A stretch of DNA of 63,988 nt, the filler included, from Octopus bimaculoides (taxonomy: Eukaryota): NCBI RefSeq assembly GCF_001194135.2. It is 3 parts of 2 records of this genome, joined end to end, with 100 filler letters (N's around TTAATTAATTAA, not from the genome) between each part and the next. Parts side by side here need not be neighbours in the genome. Positions count along the whole stretch, not along the records: positions 1 to 31,635 come from NC_068990.1; 2 more parts are not named here. One strand, given 5' to 3'. The notes beneath the pieces were generated by a model. The model was not told the DNA's origin, made no database searches, and was given only the letters and a program-made list of their open reading frames with translations. This document shows, piece by piece, positions 13,409-25,005 of this stretch. Every line of letters starts with the position of its first letter. Position 1 is the stretch's first letter. The position numbers were made by a program, and so were the translations under genes.

Positions 13409-13527
13409 TCACTACAATTGTTTCAATGCGTCATTACCAGTTATTCATTGCTGAATATTATGTATGTTATAAACAACATTGAATTAACATCACTCAGCAT
13501 GAGTAGTGTATACGCCTTCTCAGGTGA
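13409..13527 (-). ncRNA. Possible hammerhead-like motif with a long stem II insert
   Basis: TCAC-CTGAGAA...GAAAC-AATT-GTA-GTGA: stem I TCAC/GTGA and palindromic ACAATTGT. The core deviates from CUGANGA and stem II pairs poorly. Confidence 0.35.
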
Positions 13528-13647
13528 ATAGAATCAAAAGCTCTGTTAGATCATATTTTGATTCACTTTATTTTATGCCGAAACCAAATTTGTATTTTTT
13601 TTAGTATTCTACAAACAATGAAATACAAATGGCAAAAAATAAAAAAA

Positions 13648-14031
13648 AGTAGCTTGCTTACCAACCACATGGTTCCAGGTTCAGTCCCACTGCGTGGCAC
13701 CTTCGGCGAGTGTCTTCTGCTATGGCCTCGGGCCGACCAAAGCCTTGTGAGTGGATTTGGTAGACGGAAACTGAAAGAAGCCCATCGTATATATGTATAC
13801 ATATATATATGTATACGTGTGTATATGTTGTGTATCTATGTTTGTTGCCCAACATCGCTTGACAACCGATGGTGGTCTGTTTATGTCCCTGTAACTTAGC
13901 GGTTCGGCAAAAGGGTCCGATCTAATAAGTACTAGGCTTACAAAGAATTAGTCCTGGGGTCGATTTGATTCGATTAAAGGTGGTGCTCCAGCATGGCCGC
14001 AGTCAAATGACTGAAACAAGTAAAAGAATAA
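13648..14031 (+). mobile_element. Nearly complete CORE-like SINE (family A)
   Basis: B-box, core, central TA/TG tract and tail GGTGCTCCAGCATGGCCGCAGTCAAATGACTGAAACAAGTAAAAGAAT. Confidence 0.9.
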
Positions 14032-14734
14032 AGGAAAGGAAACAGAAAGAATAAGAAAAAGCATACTTGTTGAAATTTTTAACCACAGAATCATCTTCAC
14101 CAGCTGAAATTTTAGGAAATATAACACACAACACTGCCGTGAGTCTCAAGGTGGACCTTGAAGAGAGAGCACATGTTATTGAAGAAGTTACAAATAGCAA
14201 TGAAAGGACTTTGATGAACAAACAACTGATTGATTGTTTAACGAGCTCATTAAACAAATGATTGATTAGTTAGTTGGCTTGATATTTAACCGATTGACTA
14301 ACAAAGAAGAAGTGATATTGAACCAGTGTGTGTGTGTGTTACTATTACTATTGGTGTTATGACCCTCCCAAGACACAACAGCATTTGTTTCAACACACAA
14401 ATTCACTTCAAGAATTTTTGCAAACCAAATACTAAATCAAAATGTCATGAGAAGACATACTTTATTGATTAACCATCTCTTGTGCATTGTCACAGTTCCA
14501 CTTCAAAGAAAACCAATAACATAGCCTCACTTCCTCAACACAGCAGCATACTAAAATCTGTCACTTTGAGGGAAAAAGAAAGGATATATTGGTTAATGCA
14601 GTTCAAAATGCGGCTTTTTGATTAAAAGATAAGATGGCAAAGCTGGAATGCCTTTTGATCACAGGTCTGTTTGATGGGGATTAACCCTGGGCTAACAATA
14701 ACTGCTACTTGTTAATTTACATTGTTGCCTTAAG

Positions 14735-14870
14735 GCAGAAAGCTAGCAGAATCGTTAGCATGTCAGGTATTTCGTCAAGCTTTACATTCTGAGTTCAAAT
14801 TACACCAAGGTCAAATTTGCCTGTCATCCTTTTGGGGCTGATAAAAAGTAAGACAAATAAGTACCAGTTG
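14735..14870 (+). mobile_element. SINE family C (Nin/Deu-domain-like)
   Basis: CTGAGTTCAAAT B-box then TTTGCCTGTCATCCTTTGGGGCTGATAAA...AAGTACCAG. Confidence 0.6.
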
Positions 14871-16016
14871 TTCCAAGCCCTCTCACCACTCCCCCATTTG
14901 TTGGCGCAAATTCTTTTTTTTTTAATATTCGTTTACTACAAATTGTTTTACACATATTTACACTATTTTCCTTCAATTTCTTTGCCTGGGTCTGAAACTG
15001 GTGTTTAACCATTAATTCTAACAAAGTTACAAGACTTGAAATTTAGAGGGAAGGACTTGTCAATTTACTTAACTGAAGCTTCATTGACCCTGGAGGGAGA
15101 TAACAGTAAAGATGACTTCAATAGGATTTGAATTCAAAATGTAAAGAACTGGAAGTTCAGTGCACCCCTTATAAAATTTTGGCAGTGGACACTGTTGATG
15201 ATTGCATAAGGTTTCTTCAGAAACTCAGTTTAGATTGGGATTTCAAAAATCATAACAGTTGAGCCTGAGTTTGAAACAGGTTCAAGAGACATATTCCAAT
15301 CCTTTAGCATTTAAACTGACCATTTGACCATTCATGACAATATTCACAATATTTATTCAAAACTAAAAACTCTTCTGTTCTATGTCTCGAATAAACTAAT
15401 GGAAAACGAAACTCCAGCCTTGACTTCAACCCCATTTAAGGCCCCTTACTTTAGATTAGCCATGATAGATTTTCATGTCTTTCACTCAGCTCGTTAAGTG
15501 CTAAACCGTATTGTGGCCTCTGCTGAAATGACCAGGGAATAATTTTTCAAAAGTGACACAAATCACTCTGTGCAGCTGAGCCTCATCAAAAGTGACCCTT
15601 TTTTTTTTTTTTTTCTTTTGTGGGAATTCTCATTATTTTCTTCCCGCTTGCTATACTACTTTTCTGTCAAATATAAATAAAAGGGACACTTTTCAAAGAC
15701 CTAATGATCTTCAAAAGAACCAATAAATACCTCTTTTCTCCCTACAATAATTGCCAGTTTATCTTTTGCATTTTAAAATCTCTGTCCATGGCTTTACCAT
15801 TCGCAGAACATCTCTCTTAAAAAGCTCTTTGATGTAGGTAGTTCTGAAAATGTTATCTCCAATTTCTAATTTAAGGTTGCCAACTAAAAATAATAACAAT
15901 GGCTTTAACAACTGACCACGCCGATCAGAAAACACTGTACACTACACTTAAAGGTAGAAGCCCACCATATGTATATATATATAGCCATATGCATTCCCTC
16001 ATATAGAGCAGTGCAC

Positions 16017-16368
16017 CGCAACCATTTTTCATACTCTGTTTTGGTTTGGTTTCTATGACTGGATGCCTTTCTTAATGCTGACCACTTTAGAGAGTGTACT
16101 TGGTGCTTTTTACATAACACTAGCCCCAGCGCTTTTTATGTTGCGTCTCCAGCACCACCACTTAAAAAGCAACCATGACGGTGCTGCATTAACACATCAG
16201 TGCCAGTGACACGTAAAAAGCACCCAACACACTCTGTTAAGTGGTTGGCATTAGGAAGAGCATCCAGCTGTAGAAACAATGCCATAACAGACAGTGGGAG
16301 TCTGGACATCTCCCTGCAAGCCAAGCTCCATGTCAAACTGCCCGACCTATGCCAGCACTTATATTCTT
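16017..16368. mobile_element. Head-to-head pair of RTE 3' tails with a unique spacer (copy 1, truncated)
   Basis: Minus-strand and plus-strand RTE 3'UTR segments joined by CACTAGCCCCAGCGC...GACGGTGCTGCAT. The same junction is at 21118-21620. Confidence 0.8.
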
Positions 16369-17491
16369 TCCAAAATTTGGCAGCACATCTGAACTAAAAA
16401 TCTAACTAAAAGTATAGGGGAAATAATTATATTCACGTTACACTGTGGCACACCTTGCATTGTCCCATGGCACACCAGTGTGCCATGGTGTGCCATGGAA
16501 TACCAGTTGTGGACTTCTGATACTGAGTGCTGCTAAAGCATTTGTTCTCAATATCCCATTTCTTGTGGGAGAAAGCATTCGTCTGCTGAAGTTGAATTTG
16601 GACTTAGAAACTAGCTCTGTAAGCATCAGTACAACTGTCTCTATCTAAGGTCTTCCCTAATATATTGCCAGATATTAAACTGGTAATTATGAAATCTCAT
16701 AAGTTTAAAATCATCTGATGCTGATATAATTAGATCAGGAATGAACAGGGCGGTCAAAGCAGACATTATCAGGCCAAGCTAGTTATCCTAGTGAGCACAA
16801 ATACATGTTGTTAACAGTATCAGGAAAAGGACATTAATATTTGACTATTCTAAAGCTATTAATAAATTCACCTGTTTAGACACTTACCTACCACCTAACC
16901 TAACGTAATTAGTAAAATATAGGTAGTCACTGTGTTGTGTTGCATACTAATGATAAAGTATTCACCACCTTCATGGCAAACTGTCTATTTTTCAGTTCAA
17001 ATGTCTTAGTTTCGGTCTTACAAATTATGTTACATGTTTCCATTGAAGTATATCATCATCATCATCATCATTGTCATTTAGTGTTTGCTTTCCATGCTGG
17101 CATGGGTCAGACGGTTTGACTGGAACTGGTAAGCCAGAGAGCTGCACCAAATAAAAAGAAATTATTTCACATTCTCTCGAAGTTTCTAAATTATTAGAAC
17201 ATAAACAAGATAAAATGACTGAAACAAGTGAAAGAGTAAAAGAGTATATATTGAGATTCATGTCATAAGAACTTAGAAACAACGAGAGATGGACAGCCTT
17301 CGACTTCTCTCCAAAGGAGTATTAACCTAATATTCACACACTATTAGTTATGCCTTTATTTGCTTCGAATTCAACCATTAAAAAGAAATTATTTCACATT
17401 CGCTCAAAGTTTCTAAATTATTATAACATAAACGAGATACAATTCACTCTGATAAGAGCAGAGTTTTTACAATAGAGAGAGAAATTTGACG

Positions 17492-17564
17492 GGTTGCTCT
17501 GGTCCAATGGTAGAACATCTACCATGATTACCAAAGATATGAGGTTCAAGTCCCATTGGCAGCT
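17492..17564 (+). pseudogene. tRNA-like sequence (pseudogene or SINE head)
   Basis: A-box TGGTCCAATGG, B-box GGTTCAAGTCC, partial acceptor stem GTTGCT/GGCAGC, followed by an oligo-T tract. No credible anticodon arm. Confidence 0.5.
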
Positions 17565-18176
17565 TTTAATTTTTTTTTTTTTTTTTCCAGTTTAAAGGGT
17601 TTTTTTTTTAAATCTAAATATCTACATACTATCATTTATAGTATTATCTACTCTGAGTTCAAAACAAATTATATTTTGAGATATGGCTCTGATGATCTAA
17701 CTTCTTTATTCATATCGTTTGAATGATATTGTATGCATGTTGGGTTGTCTTGGGGGGGGGGGGAGAACCGAGAAAATTCTATGCTATTTTAATAACAACA
17801 GTCATGGACAAATCCCAAGATACTATTGCTGTTTCTATAAATATTTTGTAAACTGCAATCTCTGGCAGTTCTGTCAATAGAACTTTGAGTGAATTAAAGC
17901 CATTTTTAAATTGACTTATCTCCTGGGTTAGTCTTACTTCATGCAACCAAAATCTCTCTCCAATTACACCTTGCCATCACAAACATAGACACGTTGAACA
18001 ATTCACGTTGAACAATCATCTCCATCATCATCACCATCATCTCTGTCATCATTATCATCATTATCATAATCATCCTCTTCATCATCATCATCGTGTCACC
18101 ACCATTGTCATCATCTTCTGAGTTGTTGCAATCGTTACCGTCATCATCATTCTCCTCCTCCTCCTCCTCCTCCTCC

Positions 18177-18209
<33 letters not shown>

Positions 18210-18212
<3 letters not shown>

Positions 18213-18358
18213 CGTAACTTAGCAGTTCGGCAAAAGAGACTGAGAGAATAAGTGCTAGGCTTACAAAGAATAAGTCCTGGGGTCGATTTGTTTGACTAAA
18301 GGCAGTGCTCCAGCATGGCCGCAGTCAGATGACTGACATAAGTAAAATAATAAAAGAA
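18210..18358 (+). mobile_element. SINE family A, 3' half
   Basis: CCCGTAACTTAGCAGTTCGGC...GGCCGCAGTC...AAAAGAAT, matching 13890-14031. Confidence 0.85.
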
Positions 18359-20241
18359 TGATACATTAACGAATATACTGCCAGCGCCTCATGAGTTAAA
18401 AATTTTGCAGTGCATTTGCTCCATTCTGTTTATGAATTTCTGATCTGAACAATCTATTCTGCATAACATCTGCTCAGATCTCATGGAACTTTCTGGAACA
18501 ACTGCCAAAGAACAGAGAATGAGGAACGTTTTTAACATGGTTTTAGGTTTACTTTTTACAAATTTTACGACATAAAAGGAAAAAAAAAAAAGAACCCCTA
18601 GCTAAATACTTCCTCTTAAAAACCTGTTAAGAGGAACATGCAATATTTATACACTTTCAACATATATAATATATGCTAAAATATAACATGTTCATATAAT
18701 TTAAACATTTTCTTTTTCAAGTTGACCATATTTGTTTATGATCTCGACACTTAAAAATGATATGCTTGATTTATAATTATGTTGTCAACAAGCTCATTAC
18801 TGAGATACAACTATAAATCACTGGATTTTGAATAATGACTATTAATCATAGGACTTTCTTTTTCTTGTTTTTGGGGAGTGTTTTTTTGAGCTATAACCAA
18901 TAAAAAATAATTAGAGACCTCTATCTGCAGCCCACAATCGTTGTGTTTGTTTCGGTAATAAAGGCCGAGAAGTCCTACATTCATATGACTTGAAAGAAAA
19001 AAAAAAGTTAGTGGGGAGCAGGGAGAGAGAGAGAAGAGGGAAAGAGAGAAAAAAAGGAGGAAAGAAAGGAAAAAAAGAAAGAAAGGAAGGAAGAAGCAAC
19101 AAAGGTAAAAAAAAAAAAAAGGAGGCAAGCTTTGAGAAAATGAAAAAAAGCAAAGCAAAACTATAATCAAAGGTGCTCCAGCCATGAACATCCCCTCTTG
19201 TTTTTACCTGTAATGTATCAAGAACTACATCGTGTGTCCTTCGATTTCTTAACAAGGAAACGTGATTTAAAGAAGACTTAGCTGGTATTTCTAGCTGGTC
19301 GGTTGACCACGATGTGGATCTTGTGTTTCCATGTTTGGTAACACAGTGGTGGTGTATAGCTCTGACATAAGCCCTGGTGAAGAAATAGCTCTATGATCAA
19401 AGACAACCCATTCATGACCATCCCATCACATTTTTCTTTCTGTTAACAGAGTAGTGGTGTAAGAGATAATGAAAGTAAGAAGAGATAGTTTCTGAAATAG
19501 AGATAGCAACAGTTATAACATGGTGGTGGTGGGTCTCTGCGGATGATGGATAAATGACTGAACTGTAAAAATAAAAAAATAGAAGACTAAAATGTTGATG
19601 GAAACAATAATATTTTTGCACTTGAAGTTGTTCTTTGTAGTGGCCATGGGTGGAGATAACATGTCATACTGATGGTGATTGTGATCATAGGAAAAAAAAA
19701 GTAAGGATAGAAAGTATTTTTATAGTGAAAACAGTGATGATGATGATGATGATGATGATGATGAGAATTATGATGATAATGACAATGATGATGATCATGA
19801 TGATGATGATGACGACGACGGTGATACTGGTGATGATGACGGGGATGATGATGATGATGATGATGATGGTCACAATAAAAACAACGATGGCAGTGATGGT
19901 ATTGTTGTTGTTGGTGGTGGTGGCATTTAATGATGATGTGGGATGAGTGCAAAAAATGATGACATTGAAGCCAATGGTGGTGGTGGTGATGGTGGAGGTG
20001 GAGATGGAGGTGATGGTGGTGGTGCTGGTGTTTGTGTTGATGATGATGGTAGTGGTGGTGGTGGTGGTGGTGGTGCTGGTGATGGTGGTGGTGATGATGA
20101 TCATGACGGCGATGATGATGTTGCTGTTGATGGTGACAATGATATTGACGATGACAATGATGATGATGATTATGATGACGGCAGTGATGATGATGATGAT
20201 GACGTTGTAGCTGTTGCTGCTGATGGTGATGATGGCGATAT

Positions 20242-20272
<31 letters not shown>

Positions 20273-21117
20273 ATAGATGATGATGATGATGACAATGATG
20301 ATAATGATGATGGGGGGATAGCAAAAATAGCGAAAGCATAAAGCTGAGAGTATCTGTTGAGGTGGGGGTTGGGGTGACTTGGTCATTCTGGTTTTGGTTC
20401 AGGCTTTGCTTTCGGTGGTACACAGATGAACCNNNNNNNNNNNNNNNNNNNNNNNNNNNNNNNNNNNNNNNNNNNNNNNNNNNNNNNNNNNNNNNNNNNN
20501 NNNNNNNNNNNNNNNNNNNNNNNNNNNNNNNNNNNNNNNNNNNNNNNNNNNNNNNNNNNNNNNNNNNNNNNNNNNNNNNNNNNNNNNNNNNNNNNNNNNN
20601 NNNNNNNNNNNNNNNNNNNNNNNNNNNNNCATTGATGAGAAGAATAACGATGCCCAGACAACAGTTGCGGCAGTTCGTTACGATGTAATTTTAAATAATT
20701 AGTAATTCATTGTCAATGTATTTCATTGATAATCCTGAAATCTCTTCAAACTCCCATCGTAAATGTCAGCCGAAAATCAATCAATTCAAAGCCAATTTAT
20801 TAACAATAATGGATTGTTTGTTCCCCCCATAACTCTAATAAGGGTATAGATAGATGATCAGGGTGGCGATGATGATGGGGAAGAACTAAAGAAGTCAAAA
20901 GAAGATTTCAGCTTTGTTCTGTCAACTAAAAAGAAAAAAAGAAAATACGGAAAACATTTATCAAATAGACACAGTCATGGTTGTGTGGTAAGATGTTTGT
21001 TTCTCAGTCACATGGCTCTGGGTTCAGTCCCACTGCATGGCACCTTGGACTGGACAAGTGTCTGCTACTATAGCCTCAGGCTGACCAAATCCACTGTCAC
21101 ATCCACTGTCGCATATC

Positions 21118-21576
21118 ACCATCGTTATCATCACCGTTTGACGTCCATTTTCCATGCTGGCACTGGTTGGCAGGAACTGACAAAGCCAGGCACTGCACCA
21201 TATTCCACACTCTGTTTTGGTTTGGTTTCTATGGCTGGATGCCTTTCCTAATGCCGACCACTTTAGAGAGTGTTACTGGGTGCTTTTTACATGACACTAG
21301 CCCCAGCGCTTTTGATGTTGCATCTCCTGCACCACCACTTAAAAAAGCAGCCATGACGGTGCTGCATCAATTACTCGTGCCATTGCTGCATTAACACATC
21401 AGTGCCAGTGGCACGTAAAAAGCACGCAGCACACTCTTTTAAATGGTTGGCATTAGGAAGAGCATCCAGCTGTAGAAACAATGCCATAACAGGCAATTGG
21501 AGTCTGGACAGCTCCCTGCAAGCCAAGCTCTATGTCAAACCGCCCAACCCATGCCAGCATGGAAAGCAGACGTTAA

Positions 21577-21620
<44 letters not shown>
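21118..21620. mobile_element. Head-to-head pair of RTE 3' tails with a unique spacer (copy 2, both tails present)
   Basis: The left end reads as an RTE tail on the minus strand and the right end is GACGTTAAAGGATGATGAT. The spacer is shared with the 16 kb copy. Confidence 0.85.
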
Positions 21621-21660
<40 letters not shown>

Positions 21661-22788
21661 TTTGTGTTTGTGTTTGTCCCCAACCGTTGCTTGACAACCA
21701 GTGTTGGATTGTTTACATACCCCATAACTTAGCCGTTGGCCAAGTAAAAGACTGACAGAATAAGTACCAGGCTTGAAAAAGGAAATAAGCATGTAGTCCA
21801 CCTAACTATAAGTAGATACCACAGAGCAAGAAGAACTACCCATCACCATAAACAGCAGCAGCAGCAATAGCAGCAGCAGCAGTAGCAGCAGCACTGTAAA
21901 ATTACCATCTTTCATTAACAGCAGTGCTTTGTTCATTGTACTGCGTTAACTGGCAGTGCTGAAGTTCAAATCCTTTTGTAAGCTGAGCCAAGTCACACCG
22001 ATATTTAGGGGTCCATAATAATGGTCACTCCCTTACCAAATCTCGGACCACAGTAATCCACCCCGCCCCACCCAACCTCTACCTCCCACACACTCCACCC
22101 ACATTGCAATTGCTTCGCTCTGCTCGCTCACATGCAGCAATTTCCTCAATGTATCTTAAAACGCGTTGTGTAAGTGTCCCTGGCTAGGTGAATGACCTCG
22201 TTCACTCACTAGAAAGACAGCAGAATATTTTTCAAAATAACACATGTAAAATAGCTGGCAGAATAGGAAGAGGAAGAGGAGAGAAGGGGAGCTTGATGAT
22301 GATAAGAATGATGGCGGCGGCAGTGATGGTGGTGGTGGTGATCATGTTCGCGATGACAGTAATTATTAAATTAGTAAATTACTTTAGACAAGAAGCAGTA
22401 CAAGTGGACAGCAGACAGGTTTCTAGAAATTACAGAAATCACCACCTTGGATCAGTGTGTGTGTATGTGTGTGCACGCATGTATGTGCGTGTATGTGTGT
22501 CTCTCTCACTCAATATGTATATATATATACATATATATTTACACACACATATATATATATATATGCATGTATGTATATATATGTACATATATATATTTAT
22601 ATACATATGTATNNNNNNNNNNNNNNNNNNNNNNNNNNNNNNNNNNNNNNNNNNNNNNNNNNNNNNNNNNNNNNNNNNNNNNNNNNNNNNNNNNNNNNNN
22701 NNNNNNNNNNNNNNNNNNNNNNNNNNNNNNNNNNNNNNNNNNNNNNNNNNNNNNNNNNNNNNNNNNNNNNNNNNNNNNNNNNNTATAT

Positions 22789-22955
22789 AGGCACAGGAGT
22801 GGCTGTGTGGTGAGAAGCTTGCTTACTAACCACATGGTTCCAGGTTCAGTCCCACTGTGTGGCACCTTGGGCAAGTGCCTTCTACTATAGACTTGGTCCA
22901 ACCAAAGCCTTGTGAGTGGATTTGATAGATGGAAACTGAAAGATGCCTGTCATAT
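22789..22955 (+). mobile_element. SINE family A, 5' half
   Basis: GGCACAGGAGTGGCTGTGTGGTGAGAAGCTTGC...GGTTCAGTCCC...GGCACCTTGGGCAAGTG. Confidence 0.85.
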
Positions 22956-22958
22956 TAG

Positions 22959-22989
<31 letters not shown>

Positions 22990-23668
22990 AATACATTTAT
23001 ATATTATATATGTATATATGTACATAATATACTTTTCAGCTGCATGTTTGCTGTAATCACTTGCCAAGACACACCCAGCATCCTAGGGCGAAAAAGAGAT
23101 GTTACAGTATTACTGAAAGCTTGGGGAAGGGAAGTGGCAGGGGCAGTAGCGAAATATCTTCATGTAATACAACATAGACATTTAAATTGATAGGGTTTTC
23201 CTAAAGATGTGGGCAGTACTTGTCAGCACAATCTTTTGGATTTCTCTGAGAGATGGTTCTCCTGGGATGTTATCTAGTTGTTTCTGACATCCCATTTTTA
23301 TCATACCTAGGGCACCTGTAATAACAGGAACAGCTTTTTGTTATTGTTATTACTATTATTAACAACCAGTGGTGAGCAAGATGATTGCAATGAGCAAGGG
23401 TAGATATCATGGGGAGGTAGAATCTTTTGCTGAACATGGTAAGAAACCCAGCAGACAACAATGGGTGGGTGGGGGTGTTAATTTTTCTGTTCTGGTTTTT
23501 GTAAATATATTTTTAGTTTATTATGACTACTTCATCCCGCTCCATGAGCAAAATATATTAAAGAGAAAATGATATCTTTCAAGGCTTTAATTCTTTGAAA
23601 TCTAGGATAGGCTCCAGTAGACCAAGTCTACTGTATGGATCAAAACACACACACATACACACACACTC

Positions 23669-23755
<87 letters not shown>

Positions 23756-24379
23756 NNNNNNNNNNNNNNNNNNNNNNNNNNNNNNNNNNNNNNNNNNNNN
23801 NNNNNNNNNNNNNNNNNNNNNNNNNNNNNNNNNNNNNNNNNNNNNNNNNNNNNNNNNNNNNNNNNNNNNNNNNNNNNNNNNNNNNNNNNNNNNNNNNNNN
23901 NNNNNNNNNNNNNNNNNNNNNNNNNNNNNNNNNNNNNNNNNNNNNNNNNNNNNNNNNNNNNNNNNNNNNNNNNNNNNNNNNNNNNNNNNNNNNNNNNNNN
24001 NNNNNNNNNNNNNNNNNNNNNNNNNNNNNNNNNNNNNNNNNNNNNNNNNNNNNNNNNNNNNNNNNNNNNNNNNNNNNNNNNNNNNNNNNNNNNNNNNNNN
24101 NNNNNNNNNNNNNNNNNNNNNNNNNNNNNNNNNNNNNNNNNNNNNNNNNNNNNNNNNNNNNNNNNNNNNNNNNNNNNNNNNNNNNNNNNNNNNNNNNNNN
24201 NNNNNNNNNNNNNNNNNNNNNNNNNNNNNNNNNNNNNNNNNNNNNNNNNNNNNNNNNNNNNNNNNNNNNNNNNNNNNNNNNNNNNNNNNNNNNNNNNNNN
24301 NNNNNNNNNNNNNNNNNNNNNATTTCATCTTCTTTTCCATTATTTTTCATTGTTCTTATTGTTCTTGTTGTTATTGTGA

Positions 24380-24685
24380 AGGCACGTGGCTTAGTTGTTA
24401 GGTCATTCACCTCACAGTCGTAGGGTCATGAGTTCGATTCCCAGCAGCTTGTTGTGTCCTTGAGCAAGACACTTTATTTCACGTTGCTCTAGTACACTCA
24501 GCTGGCAAAAATGAGCTCTACCTGTATTTCAAAAAGCCATACTGAATCTCCCTGAGAACTATGTTAAAAGTACGCAAATCTGTGGAATACCCAGCCACTT
24601 GCAAGTTAGTTTCACAAGCAGGCTGTTCTGTCGATCAGATCAATTGGAACCCTCGTTGTCATAAGCGATGGAGCACCAGATAGTT
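24380..24685 (+). mobile_element. SINE family B with an alternative tail
   Basis: GGCACGTGGCTTAGTTGTTAG head, GAGTTCGATTCCC B-box, TTGAGCAAGACACTTTATTTCACGTTGCTC core. The tail is shared with 28660-28780. Confidence 0.75.
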
Positions 24686-24765
24686 ATTGTCATTGTTGTT
24701 GCTGTTGTAATTGTTCCCGAAAGGAACAAGGGTAAGGACAAACATAGGCATAAAGATACACACAT

Positions 24766-24804
<39 letters not shown>

Positions 24805-24821
24805 ATACTTATATATCTATA

Positions 24822-25005
24822 TATGACAGGCTTCTTTCAGTTTCTGTCTGCTAAACTACCAAATCCACTCACAAGGCTTTGGTCGACCCAAGGCTATATA
24901 TATATAATAAAAGACACTTGCCCAAGGTGCCATGCAGTGGGACTGAACATAGAACCATGTGGTTGAGAAGCAATCTTCTTTCCGAACAGCCCCACACCTA
25001 TGCCT
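24822..25005 (-). mobile_element. SINE family A, 5' half
   Basis: Reverse complement of the family A head and core. Confidence 0.85.

Noticed and set aside
14067-14261. ORF starting LKFLTTESSSPAEI, reminiscent of a mariner N-terminus
   Set aside because: Similarity is limited to ~14 residues and no TIR or further motifs were found.
17445-17495. CTGATAA...GAAA as a hammerhead
   Set aside because: G8 is missing, there is no valid NUH site, and stems do not pair.
20383-20432. GHSGFGSGFAFGG peptide suggesting an FG-repeat protein
   Set aside because: Too short, no credible acceptor, and it runs into a gap.
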